DNA of 64,000 nucleotides from Hydrolagus colliei (Eukaryota), in assembly GCA_035084275.1 (NCBI GenBank), contig CM068757.1, positions 3,038,001 to 3,102,000 on the forward strand. Reading direction: 5' to 3'. Shown here one piece after another: positions 1 through 12,366 of this stretch; position 1 is the first letter of the stretch; each line of letters begins with the position of its first letter. The position numbers and the translations under genes are program-made. The notes beneath the pieces are model-generated. The model saw only the letters and a list, made by a program, of their open reading frames with translations, had not been told where the DNA came from and did no database searches.

Positions 1-746
1 AAAAATGAATGAATCATTGAATGTTACAGCTCAGGAACAAACTGTGTGGCCTTTTAGGTCTTCCCTGGTGTTTCACTCCGCATGAGCCTCCTAACATAGT
101 GTTTATAACTGTTAATGCAGCCACTTTTTCCCTTTGCATTTGTGAATACATTGGTACCAGTGAGCCCATTTGTGACTGTGCACCTCAGAAAAAAATATAT
201 ATAGTGTACTGTATATTATTCCTTCAAACGCAGCCATAGTTAATTCTAAAAAAGTGAGTGGCCAAACCTGCAGTAAATCAGAACACTGGTCCTATTTCTG
301 TTTTAGTTTCAACCAGGTTTTTAAATGCAATTTTGCAACCCTTACATTTTCATTGCGTTAAATAAGATTGGGTTTCATTTCCTGACCTGCTGCGGTGGTC
401 ATTCTGAAGATCCAACATATCTCGTTGTTAAACATTAGATGTTAGTCACACTTTGTGGTTCTTTCAGATGACTCAGAATTGTTTTTGGGGGGACTCTGTC
501 AGGCCATATAGATGACATTAGCTGCATTGAGCAAGCACTTTGCAAACATGCTGGTGAATTTAAACTATGACGAGGAGGCTGCCTAGTACTTCTGAAATCT
601 CAGTTCAGTACATTTGTCCTTCTTTCAAGATCATCATCTTCAAACGCTCTTTCATCATTAAAATGGCATTTCCTGTTCAAAGGAAACTCTTTCTGCTCAC
701 TGGGATTAGCCCACTTAGTTGATTATTTTCCTGAACAGATCAGGCA

Positions 747-747
<1 letters not shown>

Positions 748-781
<34 letters not shown>

Positions 782-783
782 TT
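748..783. repeat. (TTAG)n microsatellite in GAS2 last intron
   Basis: About 8-9 tandem TTAG units read directly. Confidence 0.95.
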
Positions 784-1430
784 GAATCAGACACTTTTAA
801 ACCACTTCTTCGGTAACGCAATTAAATACAGTACTATATTTGGTGCTGGCACAATAAATATTATGTTGTGTTATAAGAATTCTGATAATGGTTTCACCTG
901 AAAGCAAATACAGTCCAAGGTTTTTCGCAGCAGTGTAACTCATTAGTAATATGTTTCTCAATCTCTCATAACTTGTTTGTTCTTAGCATCAGAAGATTTG
1001 GGGGGCATTTGAGGAAACCCATTAGGTTTCCAGGAGCATTTCCTGGATCAAAGAGATTGGCAGAGCAAGTGCTTTCTGCCTCAGCCTGTAGTAAGCTGCT
1101 CTGTGGCAGCTACGCTCGGATGGTCCACAGGGATTGCGGCCTGAAACCTATAAATATTGATTGCTTATGGCCGTGGGCCTATATGACAGCTGTGTGCAAA
1201 CTTCTAAATTAACACCGCAATGCTGATTACTGAAACTAAACGACCGGGGCTATTTACGTTATTTAATTTTTTCATTGAATACCCGCGCGTCGATCCTTCG
1301 GTCTTTCCTCCACAAACCTGAGTTCGGAATCAGTCACGGCCGTTTAATCTGCATCGAATTCTCTCGTGCAGTACAACTCGGGTTACAACCGTGCATTGAT
1401 TTTGCTGTTGAACAATGATTTACGTTGCAG

Positions 1431-1679
1431 ATGCTGCACAATAAGCACGTGATGGTACGTGTCGGAGGGGGATGGGAGACGTTTGAAAGCTACCTGCTCA
1501 AACACGACCCCTGCCGGATGCTGCAGATCTCGAGAGTGGATGGCAAGACCTCACCGCTCCCGAACAAGTCCCCGTCAATCAAGGACCTGAGTCCCGATAG
1601 TTACCTTGTCGTGGCCGCTCACTACAGAGGCAGGAAAGAGAGCGCAAGCAATAATAGCGGTAACTGGGTGACAAAGTGA
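1431..1679 (+). CDS. GAS2: Growth arrest-specific protein 2, final coding exon (C-terminal part of GAR domain plus tail); upstream exons lie outside the window
   Basis: Acceptor ttgcag at 1425-1430, then [42 protein letters not shown]...DSYLVV..., stop TGA (followed by a second TGA). Contains the GAR-domain VMVRVGGGW motif and matches the vertebrate GAS2 C-terminus as I recall it. Adjacent to SVIP as in other vertebrates. Confidence 0.96.
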   Translation: MLHNKHVMVRVGGGWETFESYLLKHDPCRMLQISRVDGKTSPLPNKSPSIKDLSPDSYLVVAAHYRGRKESASNNSGNWVTK

Positions 1680-1828
1680 TGAGCCTAGTGTTGACCTACG
1701 CAGTATGTCCTCCTCCTCTATTATTCTGAAATAGTGATTCACTGCCAGTACGTATAATCCACCTACAGCCCTTTTCCAGCCCTAGTCGGCCACGAGTGAT
1801 CCAACACATTGAATCCAAGTCTCTGTGG

Positions 1829-1864
1829 ATTATTATTATTATTATTATTATCATCATCATCATA
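1829..1864. repeat. (ATT)n(ATC)n compound microsatellite in GAS2 3' UTR
   Basis: Read directly; accounts for the poly-Ile/Met in the spurious ORF 1696..1929. Confidence 0.9.
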
Positions 1865-2789
1865 ATTGGTGAAAGCCCAAAGAGGCACCAAAAGGCAGTC
1901 TGTATGCAATTATCAGAATGTAATGACACCCGCTGGTGAATAGACTCCTAGAGCTCCAGTAAGTGTCCAGAGTAATATTTAGAGGAAATTGGTGCAAGTC
2001 TTGATTGATTTTTTTTTCTCTCAGTTTCAGCGTGTTCCTGGGCTTTAAAGAGGTAACATTTTGCAACGCCTAGTCGGAACTTGACATCTCATTCATTAAG
2101 GGCATTATAGACATTGCTTGGCCCTCACTTATCCTGCTTCTCTTGCATTATGGCTGTTTGCAAAATTGGCTGTTTGTACATAAGGCAGCACTGGTATTGG
2201 ACTTGTATTGATTGCTGCATACCAAATAAGAAGCCCTAAGGGTACTCCAGGAGAGAGTATATCATGGTATAATATTTATAATCCCAAACATTTACCACAG
2301 GGATCTTTTATCCCGCTGTAAGCAGGATTTTTGGCTAAATCCCAGTTAACATTATCTACTCACGGGAGAAAGGCAACCGTTCCAGCTGAGTGAACGAACG
2401 TGGGACTTGAAACTCCCAAATTATTTGGACATACACTTGCTAGGGTAACACAGTACTACCTTAAGACTGTAGTCTGAATTCTTTCCCCTCCGCAATCTGG
2501 TAAATAGAAAAAAAACACTCTTCACAGCACAAGATCTTCTGACTCTTCCATGCCCGATGCTGAATTGAAGGTGACAGCAGTTGCAGAAGGTACAATTTGT
2601 AACCAATCTGCATGATTCACTGACACCTTTGGGAGCTCAGGTGACGTGCAAGATGAGAATCTAACAGTTGACGGGTTGTTCCATATGTCTCTATTACTCT
2701 GTGTCCCTGACACAATTTCAGTAAAGATTTAGAAGAACCACGATATTGCAGATGGGTTTATTTTATTATTTCACTGTTTCTTAGTACAG

Positions 2790-3175
2790 AGGTAGGGTGG
2801 GGGTGAGACCACGCCTCACCCATCCTCTCCTCCAATTCCAACCGCGAGGAGATGCTGGACTTCCTTGAATTCAAGGCTCCGGCCTGCTCCGTACCCCCAT
2901 ACCCACCCATCCCACTGTCGGCAGGCAAGCCTTTAGCCACTCAGCCCCCTACCTCTCCAATTCCATCCTGCAATCCCTCCCCCTCACTAGTCTCCTTCCA
3001 GTCCCGCCTCCAGACCCTTCTCTTCAACCGTGCTATCAGTCACTCCCCTTTCCTTCCTTCCCTCCACTCTCCCCGATCCCAACCACACCTTGGGTCTAAA
3101 ACACTGACCATCCAGTTCCTTGGGACATCATCCCGACGTGAAACACTATACAAATTTAATTTTGTTGTTGTTATA
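2790..3175 (+). mobile_element. L2-clade LINE, degraded 3' end
   Basis: C-rich ORF2-end/3' UTR sequence ending ttgggacatc...cgtgaaacactatacaaat...(TTG)n, the same terminus as other L2 copies in the window. Confidence 0.7.
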
Positions 3176-3451
3176 TTTTCCTTCCACTTATCAAAGCCCA
3201 GCGATTGGATATACAGGCATTTAGTGACATTACATTCGGGGCGTGATTACCTCTCTCACGGGCGTGAGAGAGGGCGTGATGCAGTGCCCTCTCTCCTCCT
3301 TTGCAAACACCCCCCACAAACAAATAATGCCCAAATAACTAACTTCCCTAGAAGTCATTCTATATTAAAATGATTAACAGGACTGAATATAATGCCTGCT
3401 TCCTTCCACACCAACATGAATATATTTTCAATGAAGTTCACGTAAGTCTAC

Positions 3452-3650
3452 AATAATCATCCTTGCATTTGATATAGCGCTGTTCACATCTTCTATACGT
3501 CTCAAAGAGCTTCACAGGATATACTGTAAAGTGAATTGACTGTATATTTGTGGGCAAAACACAGCAGCCAATTGTGTACAGGCAGTGTCCCACAATCGTG
3601 GATTGAGTGACCCCATTTTTTTTTGAGGGATTATTATCAGGCTTGTGTAG
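3452..3650 (-). mobile_element. SINE (Deu-domain/L2-tail family), 5'-truncated
   Basis: Matches the 3' two-thirds of the full-length copy at 35754-36082. Confidence 0.9.
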
Positions 3651-3699
3651 GAAGGATGCTGGTTAAAATAAATATTATCCATTGTTCAGGAATACCCAT

Positions 3700-3920
3700 G
3701 CCTCCATACTCTGGAACTCTGTCCCGCAGTCCCTCTGCCTCATCCCCTTTCTTACCTGCTTCAAGTCCATCTAAAGAGCTTTGTCTTCGACCGTGCCTTC
3801 GGCCACCCTCATCTGCCCTCCAACCCTTCTGACCACAGGGGCCCAAAACCTGACTGTCCGGGGCCCTGGGATGCCTTTTTGATGTGAAGGGCTTTATACA
3901 AGTGCAATTTGTTATTGTTT
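3700..3920 (+). mobile_element. L2-clade LINE 3' end fragment
   Basis: ctctggaactct...gtcttcgaccgtgccttc...gatgtgaagggctttatacaagtgcaatttgttattgtt; similar to 44400-44675. Confidence 0.7.
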
Positions 3921-4303
3921 TGGGGCCTTCAAAGCTGCTGGCTGGACAATGGATGCTGTTGGATCATTGCCAATATCCCTGCAAGATTTGATCTATGTGC
4001 GTTATCGATGTCAGGTGGGCAGTTTTTATTTTTAAATGGATCGAACCTAATTAGTAAAACACCCTCCTTTCATTTTGCAGGTTATATTAGCTTTGATCTC
4101 TTCTTGAGCACTGTCCAAAACATGTATCATGATATGAAATTAAGTATAGATTTTTCAGTGTGCTTGAAGTTTAAAATGAGCAACTAACCAGATGTAAAGT
4201 CAACATTCCTTAAAAATAGATTTAGCTGGTGATGAACATCCTCAATTAATAAATTCTGTCTCCATCCCTTCTTAAAACATTTGGGTATTTGATCCATGCT
4301 GGG

Positions 4304-4703
4304 ATTTGTTTGCCAGGTCATTCGCTCCAATGAAAAAGTAAGAACCCTGCCAGCGATTTAGCACATGTGGGAGAGTGATAGTGCATGAACCTGCGTTTGT
4401 GAATGGAGTTGTTGTGATTGCACACTAACCTGTAGCCCTTCAGCACATGTGAATACGAGCAAATAATTGTGACGGATAAAAAAGCTGTTTTCTTCAGTGC
4501 CTTAGGGAGTGCAGTGAAGAAATTTCACCGGTTGCCTTTGTTTGGTTTGAATCATAGAATGTATATAAAAAAAAACACAGCAGGACATTTGTTAGAAATT
4601 CTTACCCATTTCTGTGAATTTGACTTATTTTCCCCCGTTAAAAATCATTCCTTGCAGCCATCATCATACCATGTAGCGTTCCCACTCGACATTCTCTGAA
4701 AAT
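4304..4703 (+). repeat. 400-bp dispersed direct duplication, copy 1
   Basis: Near-identical to 5992-6387 (5 substitutions and 2 small indels by eye). Confidence 0.97.
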
Positions 4704-5991
4704 TTGATAATACTGGCAGACGCTCTCAATGCGATAGAACTCTAAAAGTCATTGAGGATTAAGTGGTTTCCCACGGCTTTCTAATTCTGGTTGCGTTTGC
4801 ACACTGAGCATTGGATTCATTCACAGCTTTAGATACAGTGAGTTTCTTCTCTGCAGCTAGCACTAGTTAATATCCATTGATGGAATCAAAATGGTGCTGA
4901 GCATCTTCTACTTGATAAAAATTAGCCTGTGGTGGTGGCATTGAAAAAAAAGGCGTATTAGCAGCTTGCTTTCTACCTCTTCTGTCCCAACAGAGCCTTG
5001 AAGTTGTTTCAGTGGGAGCTTTTCTGATCTTTTTCAAACCATTTCTAATGTTGAATCGAGTCACACTCCTCAGCATGTTGTATCAATTGTCATGCTTCAG
5101 GTTTCTGCCTGCACTGGTTTCCCAGTTTTCTTCAGCTCCCTTTGAAAGCCACCTGATGGATCAAGTGGTCTTTCTGTTTGAAAGGGCAGCTAGAATAGGA
5201 GTGGTAGGCAGGCGACTGCCATATCATGTCAATAACTGCAAATGTAACTGTGCAGCACTCTGCTCCTGATGTGGTCTGGAACAGTCGTACAAGGTCAGGG
5301 AACTATTTGGCATTATTTATTCCAAACTGTCCAAATTCGTGCAGTTTATCATGACCAAACACTAAAGCGAAATCTCCATTCTGCTCCTAGCAATTCCGCT
5401 CCTATTTGTCTCTGAAATTATCCCCGACAGGAGTTGTTTCGAGGTGCTGGGGACAACGACAATGATGACAAATAGCGTGATCTACCACAGTGCATTAGTA
5501 TGGAAACAAGTGACTGGATTTAGCGGTGTCAGGCTGTTTATCCAGCTCTGATATAGAGAAAATGTACTGTATTTTAGTCTCTGTAAATAATACAAGTGCC
5601 CTTCATATTAAACAAACTACAAAAAGTGCAAGCAAGAATTGATGTACACACAAAGTGTAAGACTGAAAAGCAGGTGGTCTGCAGAGGTTTTATTCAATCA
5701 AATTAGGAATGAATTAAAAAGACTGATCAACAAGCCAATGCTCATTTGTAAACAGGTATATTTAAAACTAAGGCTGCTCAACAGTTACAAGTCTTAGCAG
5801 AAATGCCTGAAGCGCACATCACTGGACTTCAGGTTGACATAAACTAATCCAAAGATAAAACATTTTAACGCATCTCTAAATGGATGGCAATATTAATGCA
5901 ATATTAGCAGCTGTTGAGTATTATGGTACAAGTGAACTACCTGCTCTGGTTGATGATTTTTCGTTGCATTTGTTGCGGTTTATGCAATATA

Positions 5992-6387
5992 ATTTGTTTG
6001 CCAGGTCATTCGCTCCAATGAAAAAGTAAGAACCCTGCCAGCGATTTAGCACGTGTGGGAGAGCGATAGTGCATGAACCTGCATTTGTGAATGGAGTTGT
6101 TGTGATTGCACACTAACCTGTAACCCTTCAGCACATGTGAATACGAGCAAATAATTGTGACGGATAAAAAAGCTGTTTTCTTCAGTGCCTTAGGGAGTGC
6201 AGTGAAGAAATTTCACCGGTTGCCTTTGTTTGGTTTGAATCATAGAATGTATATAAAAAAAACACAGGACATTTGTTAGAAATTCTTACCCATTTCTGTG
6301 AATTTGACTTATTTTCCCCTGTTAAAAATCATTCCTTGCAGCCATCATCATACCATGTAGCGTTCCCACTCGACATTCTCTGAAAAT
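5992..6387 (+). repeat. 400-bp dispersed direct duplication, copy 2
   Basis: Near-identical to 4304-4703. Confidence 0.97.
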
Positions 6388-7739
6388 GTTGCAGCTTCTA
6401 TCAAAAGTTAATTTACTGTAAACATTTGTCACCTGGTTACGTCATAGGTGCTCGATTAAGTCCATCTCAAAAGTTTCCAGTAAATCTATATTCACAGCAC
6501 AAACCTGACCACAATTCGTCATGAATTGGCAAACTGCAAAAGGTCACAGATAGCCAGAGGAATCTATAATGTCCCACTGGTGCAGTGGGAGGGGATAGAT
6601 GCTCTTCTGCACTGGATAGTTGCAACGATTGAAGCTCTAAACTACACCTAACAAGCTAAAGCAGACCTCCAAAATGCTCAGGCATTAGAAGGAAACAAGA
6701 AGAAAATAAGTCCCCAATACCTGAACACCATTGCCTTTTGCACGAATGAACACAGATGAATGCCTAATTCTTTTGGAAACATTTTTGGTGGTGTACAATT
6801 ATCGAAATTTTTTGATTTCAACAAATCTTTGACACGATCCGTTTTCTTAGAAGCTTGCCATTCTGAAAGCAAAGGCTTTAACCCACAGGTGTCCATTTCC
6901 TTTAAATAGTTTCATTCATAGTGAAAAGCAATAGCAATGAACTAGAGCATCAATGTGTAACTGTATTGTATCCTCTACCTTTTCAAGCCAAATCTAGGCA
7001 TTGTAGCAGAGAAACTAAGTGTGTGCTGCACAGATACAGAATCTGAAACGTTTTATTTCTCTACAAATAAGGTTTCTATCAAACCCAGATGAAGCTTCAC
7101 GCAAAATATGAATCTATCCTTTTTAAAATGTTATTTTACTTTCATTCTAAGTAACTGCTTCGTAAATGCATTTATGATTTGCCTTCTTCGTTTAATAATG
7201 CATTTCTAAAAATAGAAGCATTTTAAATTGCTTAGAGATGATTCTTGTGTTCAAAACATCAATCTTCATTTTTTTTGGTAGAATCGACCCAAATAGTTTT
7301 TGTACCTGTAGCTGGAAGGGTTTAAAATAAAACATCTGCATTGCCAATATTGGTTTTATAATGAGGTAGTTAATTCAAATATCGTCTTTGGAAAGAATGT
7401 AAACTACTATGAATCCTGTTCCTATTTGCTTACCTTTGCCACTGTTCTGATTTGCTTACCTCATCAAGCCTTAGCAATCGTATGCATAAAATATTATTAT
7501 AAAAATGTACTTTACTATTATTGTAGTTGTTTCTATGTTGCTCTCATCCACACAAGTTTGTTGGATTTTTAGCAATAAACTGTACAATGCTGTGCCTCGG
7601 AATTTGCTACAAATGTAAATTATTGTCTGTCGTTTCAAAATGTGATAAATGCCACAAATCATTGTTTTAGACTGGCCAGGTGTGTGTGCATAGCATTTAA
7701 AGACTTAACTTATTTGAGCAGTGATGTCTAAAATGGATT

Positions 7740-7772
7740 AATAACGCACTGAACAAGGTTCAGTGCGTTATT
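7740..7772. repeat. Perfect 15-bp inverted repeat with 3-nt loop
   Basis: AATAACGCACTGAAC-AAG-GTTCAGTGCGTTATT. Confidence 0.95.
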
Positions 7773-9544
7773 TATGACACAACATATCTGGTTTGTTAAT
7801 ATTACATTTTAGTCCCCAATACAGGTCAGAATATATCACAATGTACATTTATCAGATATACAATGGCAATGGAATAATCTACATTGTCTTTTAAAACATC
7901 CCAAATAAATAATGATACTGTAATTTTTTTTTGTAAATGGGGCAGATGCTAAGATATTGGAATCCCTCCCAAATTGCAGGCAACACGATACAACCTAAAG
8001 GTACATAACAGACAGACTGAGGAATGACAGTTGTAAGCTTAAAAAAAGTCCAGTGCCAAGTTTTATTATAGCATTAGTTCAATGTGAAGCAACTGAGAAA
8101 AAATGCAAGCCAGCTTCTCTTCTCGCCCCCCCCCCCCCACCCCCCATCAACAACAATAACATTACATTGATAACATAACCTTTCACCTTGGGAGGACGTC
8201 CCACCACTCATTTGTAAGGGAACAACCAATATTTAAATGATCTTAAAAGTAGCTTCCCAATGCATGATCTGCCATATAGTGCCAAATCAGTCCTTTTTGC
8301 TGTACTTTTAATTATTAATGATGGTGCCTTGTATCCCATTTTCTTTTTTATACAATAGTTTCTAAGAAAACAAATCACTGAATATTGGTGAACTGTGTAG
8401 ATTGTTTAATGTACACTTCAAAGGATATCTTTGCTATTGTGGGGGCATTAATACTGTATTTGTTTCCTTTGGAAAGAGCCAGGAGTCATTCTTAATACAT
8501 GTCTAGGTGGCACCAAGCGAAAATGTTTCCGCAAACAATGAAAATGAATGAAAATTGCTTTGATGAAAATCCTTTACACTTTACAGGGTGATGATAATGC
8601 ATCGATCCGTCTAAAGAACTAATTGTCAATGTTTCCCTCTCGCTGTCAAAAGGCTGTGTTATCCTAGAAAGCTAATAAACTATTCTTCAGTACTTGGGTG
8701 TTTTGTTTTTTAAAAAATCTTTTTTTGTGTTAAAAAACAGAACAATGCTGCCTTCAAGTGGTAAACTGGTGAAACTGCATCTACATGAAGGTCTTCTCAT
8801 TATGTTAACTTTTCTCAAATACCTGATGTAGTAGCACAAAAGTTGTGCTGCAGCATCAAGGAGTAGCAAGAAAAATTGCAGAAAGTCATAAATAAGCGAA
8901 ATTAGTACAATTTTTTTAAAATGCAGTGCGTCAAACTATTTTTATACCATATCACAAAGGTATAACATGCAATCACTCCCAAGGAATGGCTTCATTTTCA
9001 CATGTTCAAAGAAAAAGACAATTACTTGAAATTATTATCTTTGTTAAAATTAACCCAGAACAATGGAATACCCTTCAACTCCATTGGTATCATCATGGCT
9101 GCTGTATTTTACAATGAAACTGAAAATATCAGATAGTTTATTCCACTCATGGTCAAATGAAACTCGAATTGCGGGTGGTAATTTTGTTAACTTTGTTGAT
9201 ACAAGATTTACATGGTCCAGAAATATTAACTGAATAATCAATATTCAAACACTTTTACCCCTCCACCTCAACTTAATGGAAACATCACTGTGTGCATGTT
9301 TATGGTTTCATGTAACAAAAAAAACCTCACAATTATTTAGTGCCTTTACATATAAACATCTCAAATTTCTTCACAAAATACCACTGGTTGGAAATGAAGT
9401 GAATGTTGTTATGCTGGTATGATGGCAGCTAATGTGAACCAGTCACAGCCCATCAACAATGCAATGAACAGCCATTTCCTACCATTTGATATTTGAGATA
9501 AATCTGGATTAAGAGACAATATAAACCAGACTAACCAAAATTCT

Positions 9545-9990
9545 AGTTGTTTGAAATACCATATCAGCATTCTTGTTCCAAAATACATTAGGTTACATTC
9601 AACTACATTAAAATTCATCTGCCATTCCTTGTCCCATCTGCTTAAGCAGTCCAGAACTTTGTGAATGCAATTTATCTTCAAATTGTTCATCAAATCACAT
9701 AGCTCAATACCATTAGCGGAAGTATAATATTACCAAATACTCATTTCAGACATTTATTCACTTAGTCACAACAGGAACCAGAATAGAATGCTCGGCTCAC
9801 ACTCCTCTAAAAGTTGAAGCTTTATTTAATTTGCTATTGCTAAGCCAGTTTTCATACCACTCAGCTATTCTTTACATTAATTGCATGAAAATTAACTCCG
9901 CCTGACACACAATTTTATTGTATGCCTTTGTAAAAATCCATGTTAACTTAATCCACTTATGAACCCTTGTCCATTAGTTTAGCTGCACAC
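9545..9990 (-). mobile_element. Old CR1 LINE ORF2 fragment
   Basis: Minus-strand translation LDCLSRWDKEWQMNFNVVECNLMYFG matches the CR1 post-RT motif L..W...WQM.FN..KC..MH.G. Confidence 0.75.
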
Positions 9991-10232
9991 ATTAATGAGC
10001 CATACTATTAGTTCTAATTCTATGCTCACCACTCCGTTAGCCCAAAAATATACAGTATATTCTGTTATTCGTTTCAAGGCTTCCTCCTTGTATGAAAGGC
10101 AAGTGCAAGGATAAGCATTATTATTTTGGTTTTGTGAATGAGAACAGATTTGGAAGTAGGAAATTGCTAATTTCATTGGGTTTCACACCAAAGATTAAGT
10201 TCACTTCCTAATGGATGATGTTTCCCCACATC

Positions 10233-10547
10233 TGGAGTGCTGCAGCTCGGTGGTTAGAGCACTCACCGTACAAGCAAGAGACCCGAATTCAACTCCAGGC
10301 AGAGTGAAACATTGGGCAGGTTTTCTTACTCCACATGCCTAATAATCATCCCTTAAAAAAAAAAAATTAAAAATTGGTCATTTCAATCCACGACTGTTTG
10401 TGGCACACAGCTGTGTGCTATTGGCTGTGGTTCACCCATATATATAGTCAATTCACTTTACAGTATATTCTATGAAGCACTTTGAGACATCTAGAAGATA
10501 TGAAAAGCGCTATATTAAATGCAAGAATTATTATTCTATTATTATTA
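10233..10547 (+). mobile_element. Full-length tRNA-derived SINE (Deu domain, L2 tail)
   Basis: Head cagctcggtggttagagcac (A box) and degenerate B box; core gctgtgtgctattggctg; tail gtgaaaagcgctatattaaatgcaagaattattatt. Confidence 0.92.
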
Positions 10548-10849
10548 ACTGTGTGATAGAAATACAACACTGTAACCATCACTGTTTGGTATTGTATGGT
10601 TTTTACTGCACCAAAATATAGCACTTACAATCCGCTTTTCATTCATTAACCGTTGGCTCTATGTTGATGTTTTAAATTATTATCTTTGAATATTGAGCTC
10701 AAAAAAAGCTCAATTGTGTTCTTGTGTTTTTCAGATCAATGGAAATTTGATAAATAATCTGCAAGTGTTGTGATGCTGTTGTTACAGAATACAGTAAAGT
10801 GTCTACTTATCCAATGATACATTAAGCAACACTAATACTGCAAAGTAGT

Positions 10850-10855
10850 TTTATT
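10850..10855 (-). terminator. Candidate SVIP polyadenylation signal AATAAA
   Basis: First minus-strand AATAAA I noticed downstream of the SVIP stop (~700 nt); no transcript evidence. Confidence 0.4.
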
Positions 10856-11558
10856 TTAGTCCTAAAATGAAGCATTTTGAATAGCTCACTTACATACTCG
10901 CAGAGGTAGTTGAGTGAATCCACATGTCTGGATTGCCTCTTAAATAGATCAAAGAGATTTGGCCCATTTGAGGGATGCTACAATTTCGGTAGCAAAAAAT
11001 AAAGTTCAGCAATGAATCCTAAACATTAATGCGTTCAATTGAAAGAGCCCCGAAAATAATTCTCAACACTATAATGAACAGAAGTGGTAGCATTTTTCAT
11101 TCACCTTCCCACGCTATCCAAGGCACTAAGGTTAAAAAATTGCACTGTTGATAAATCTAGAAAAACAAGTCTAAGAAAGCTACAGTTAAATAATTTAATT
11201 TTTTTAAATTCCACAATCAGTAGATAGCTACATTAGCTTATGAATAGCAATAGACGTAAAGTAAATATTTTAGCTTTACAGTCTCCAAATCAAGACTAAG
11301 CACTAGCAGCACACATATCTTCCGTAGCTTCACTTTTGTTAAACAACTTGATTGGCCAAGTGTTTGTAAACTTAGGGAGGGTTATAAAAAGTGTGTTTTT
11401 TGGAGAGCCTTTGTGCTAAGTGCTAAGCATGGCACATTGCTGGATCTTTCTAACCACACAACATCAAAAGCCACGAAAACACAAGCCTCTCAGTAACTGG
11501 AGCCGGTAAAATCCATGTTGGCAACAGAAGTTCGTCTTCCTTCAGATTTCCAGATAGT

Positions 11559-11573
11559 TTAACCAACTTGCCA
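11559..11573 (-). CDS. SVIP: SVIP exon 4 coding part (WQVG*)
   Basis: Strong acceptor ttcttttctccccctcccag|TGG CAA GTT GGT TAA; corresponds to the human ...GGLR|WTVS* ending. Confidence 0.92.
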   Translation of the reverse strand, partial: WQVG

Positions 11574-11807
11574 CTGGGAGGGGAGAAAAGAACAATTATT
11601 TGTACACCATTTAAAGATTGCAGCTGTGTATCACATAAATGTATTATATGACAGAGTATAATAAGTTACCTGAATCTGTCTGTTAATCCATCACAACCTC
11701 AAGAGAACAGTTTCTTGGTTGCTCAACACTTGCAACATACTATCTTTACCTTTAAGAACACTGAACCTAGATAATACCACACTACACATAACAAAATACC
11801 TGTACCT

Positions 11808-11858
11808 AGCTGTGCACAATTGGCTGCTGCGTTTCGCCCACAAATATACAGTCAATTC
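11808..11858 (+). mobile_element. Short SINE core fragment in SVIP intron 3
   Basis: gctgtgcacaattggctgctgcgtttcgcccacaaatatacagtcaattca. Confidence 0.85.
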
Positions 11859-12252
11859 AGACAGTTATATTAAATTAACACGCATAAACACGTATCATTA
11901 GCTTTTTGGCCAGAACTGTATCATTCTCAATCCAAGTAGTCCAAACAGCTGTGCGAACACTTCAAAACCAGTGAATTCTATCCCTCAGTGTCATTTCAGA
12001 CAGAAACTCCAGTAGTTCGACCGGCCAGTGACACTATTTTCTGTTAGCGATGTCCCTGGTCAGCCTGTGCATGTGTAAATTAAACTACAAAGCTAATTGG
12101 AAACAGTCGCAAAAGCAGCTTATCCTATTCTCCCACCATTCTCTGTGTTGTCTCATCAACCCAACCATGCCTTTGCTGCGTCAGGCAAATTGCCATATAC
12201 ATGCACCTAACTGAACGTGACAAGATTTCTCTCACTACAAACTTTAGCTTAC

Positions 12253-12366
12253 CCGAAGACCTCCTCCTCCACCTCCCCCTGTTGACCCTTCAATTTTCTC
12301 CATCTCCTGTTGCTTCTTCTTCTTTCGCTCCACGGATACTGGGTTTTTAACGCCTCTGCTCACATT
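12253..12366 (-). CDS. SVIP: SVIP exon 3 (NVSRGVKNPVSVERKKKKQQEMEKIEGSTGGGGGGGLR)
   Basis: ag|AAT...CGG|gtaagc, 114 nt, phase 0-0; SRG...V...KKK...GGLR pattern of SVIP. Confidence 0.95.

Noticed and set aside
2852-3373. 173-aa Pro/Ser-rich ORF
   Set aside because: Runs through a C-rich degraded L2 3' end and its tail; no gene-like splice context.
4304-6387. LTR retrotransposon or ERV interpretation of the 400-bp direct repeats
   Set aside because: No TG...CA termini, TSD, PBS/PPT or gag/pol similarity seen; kept only as an unexplained duplication.
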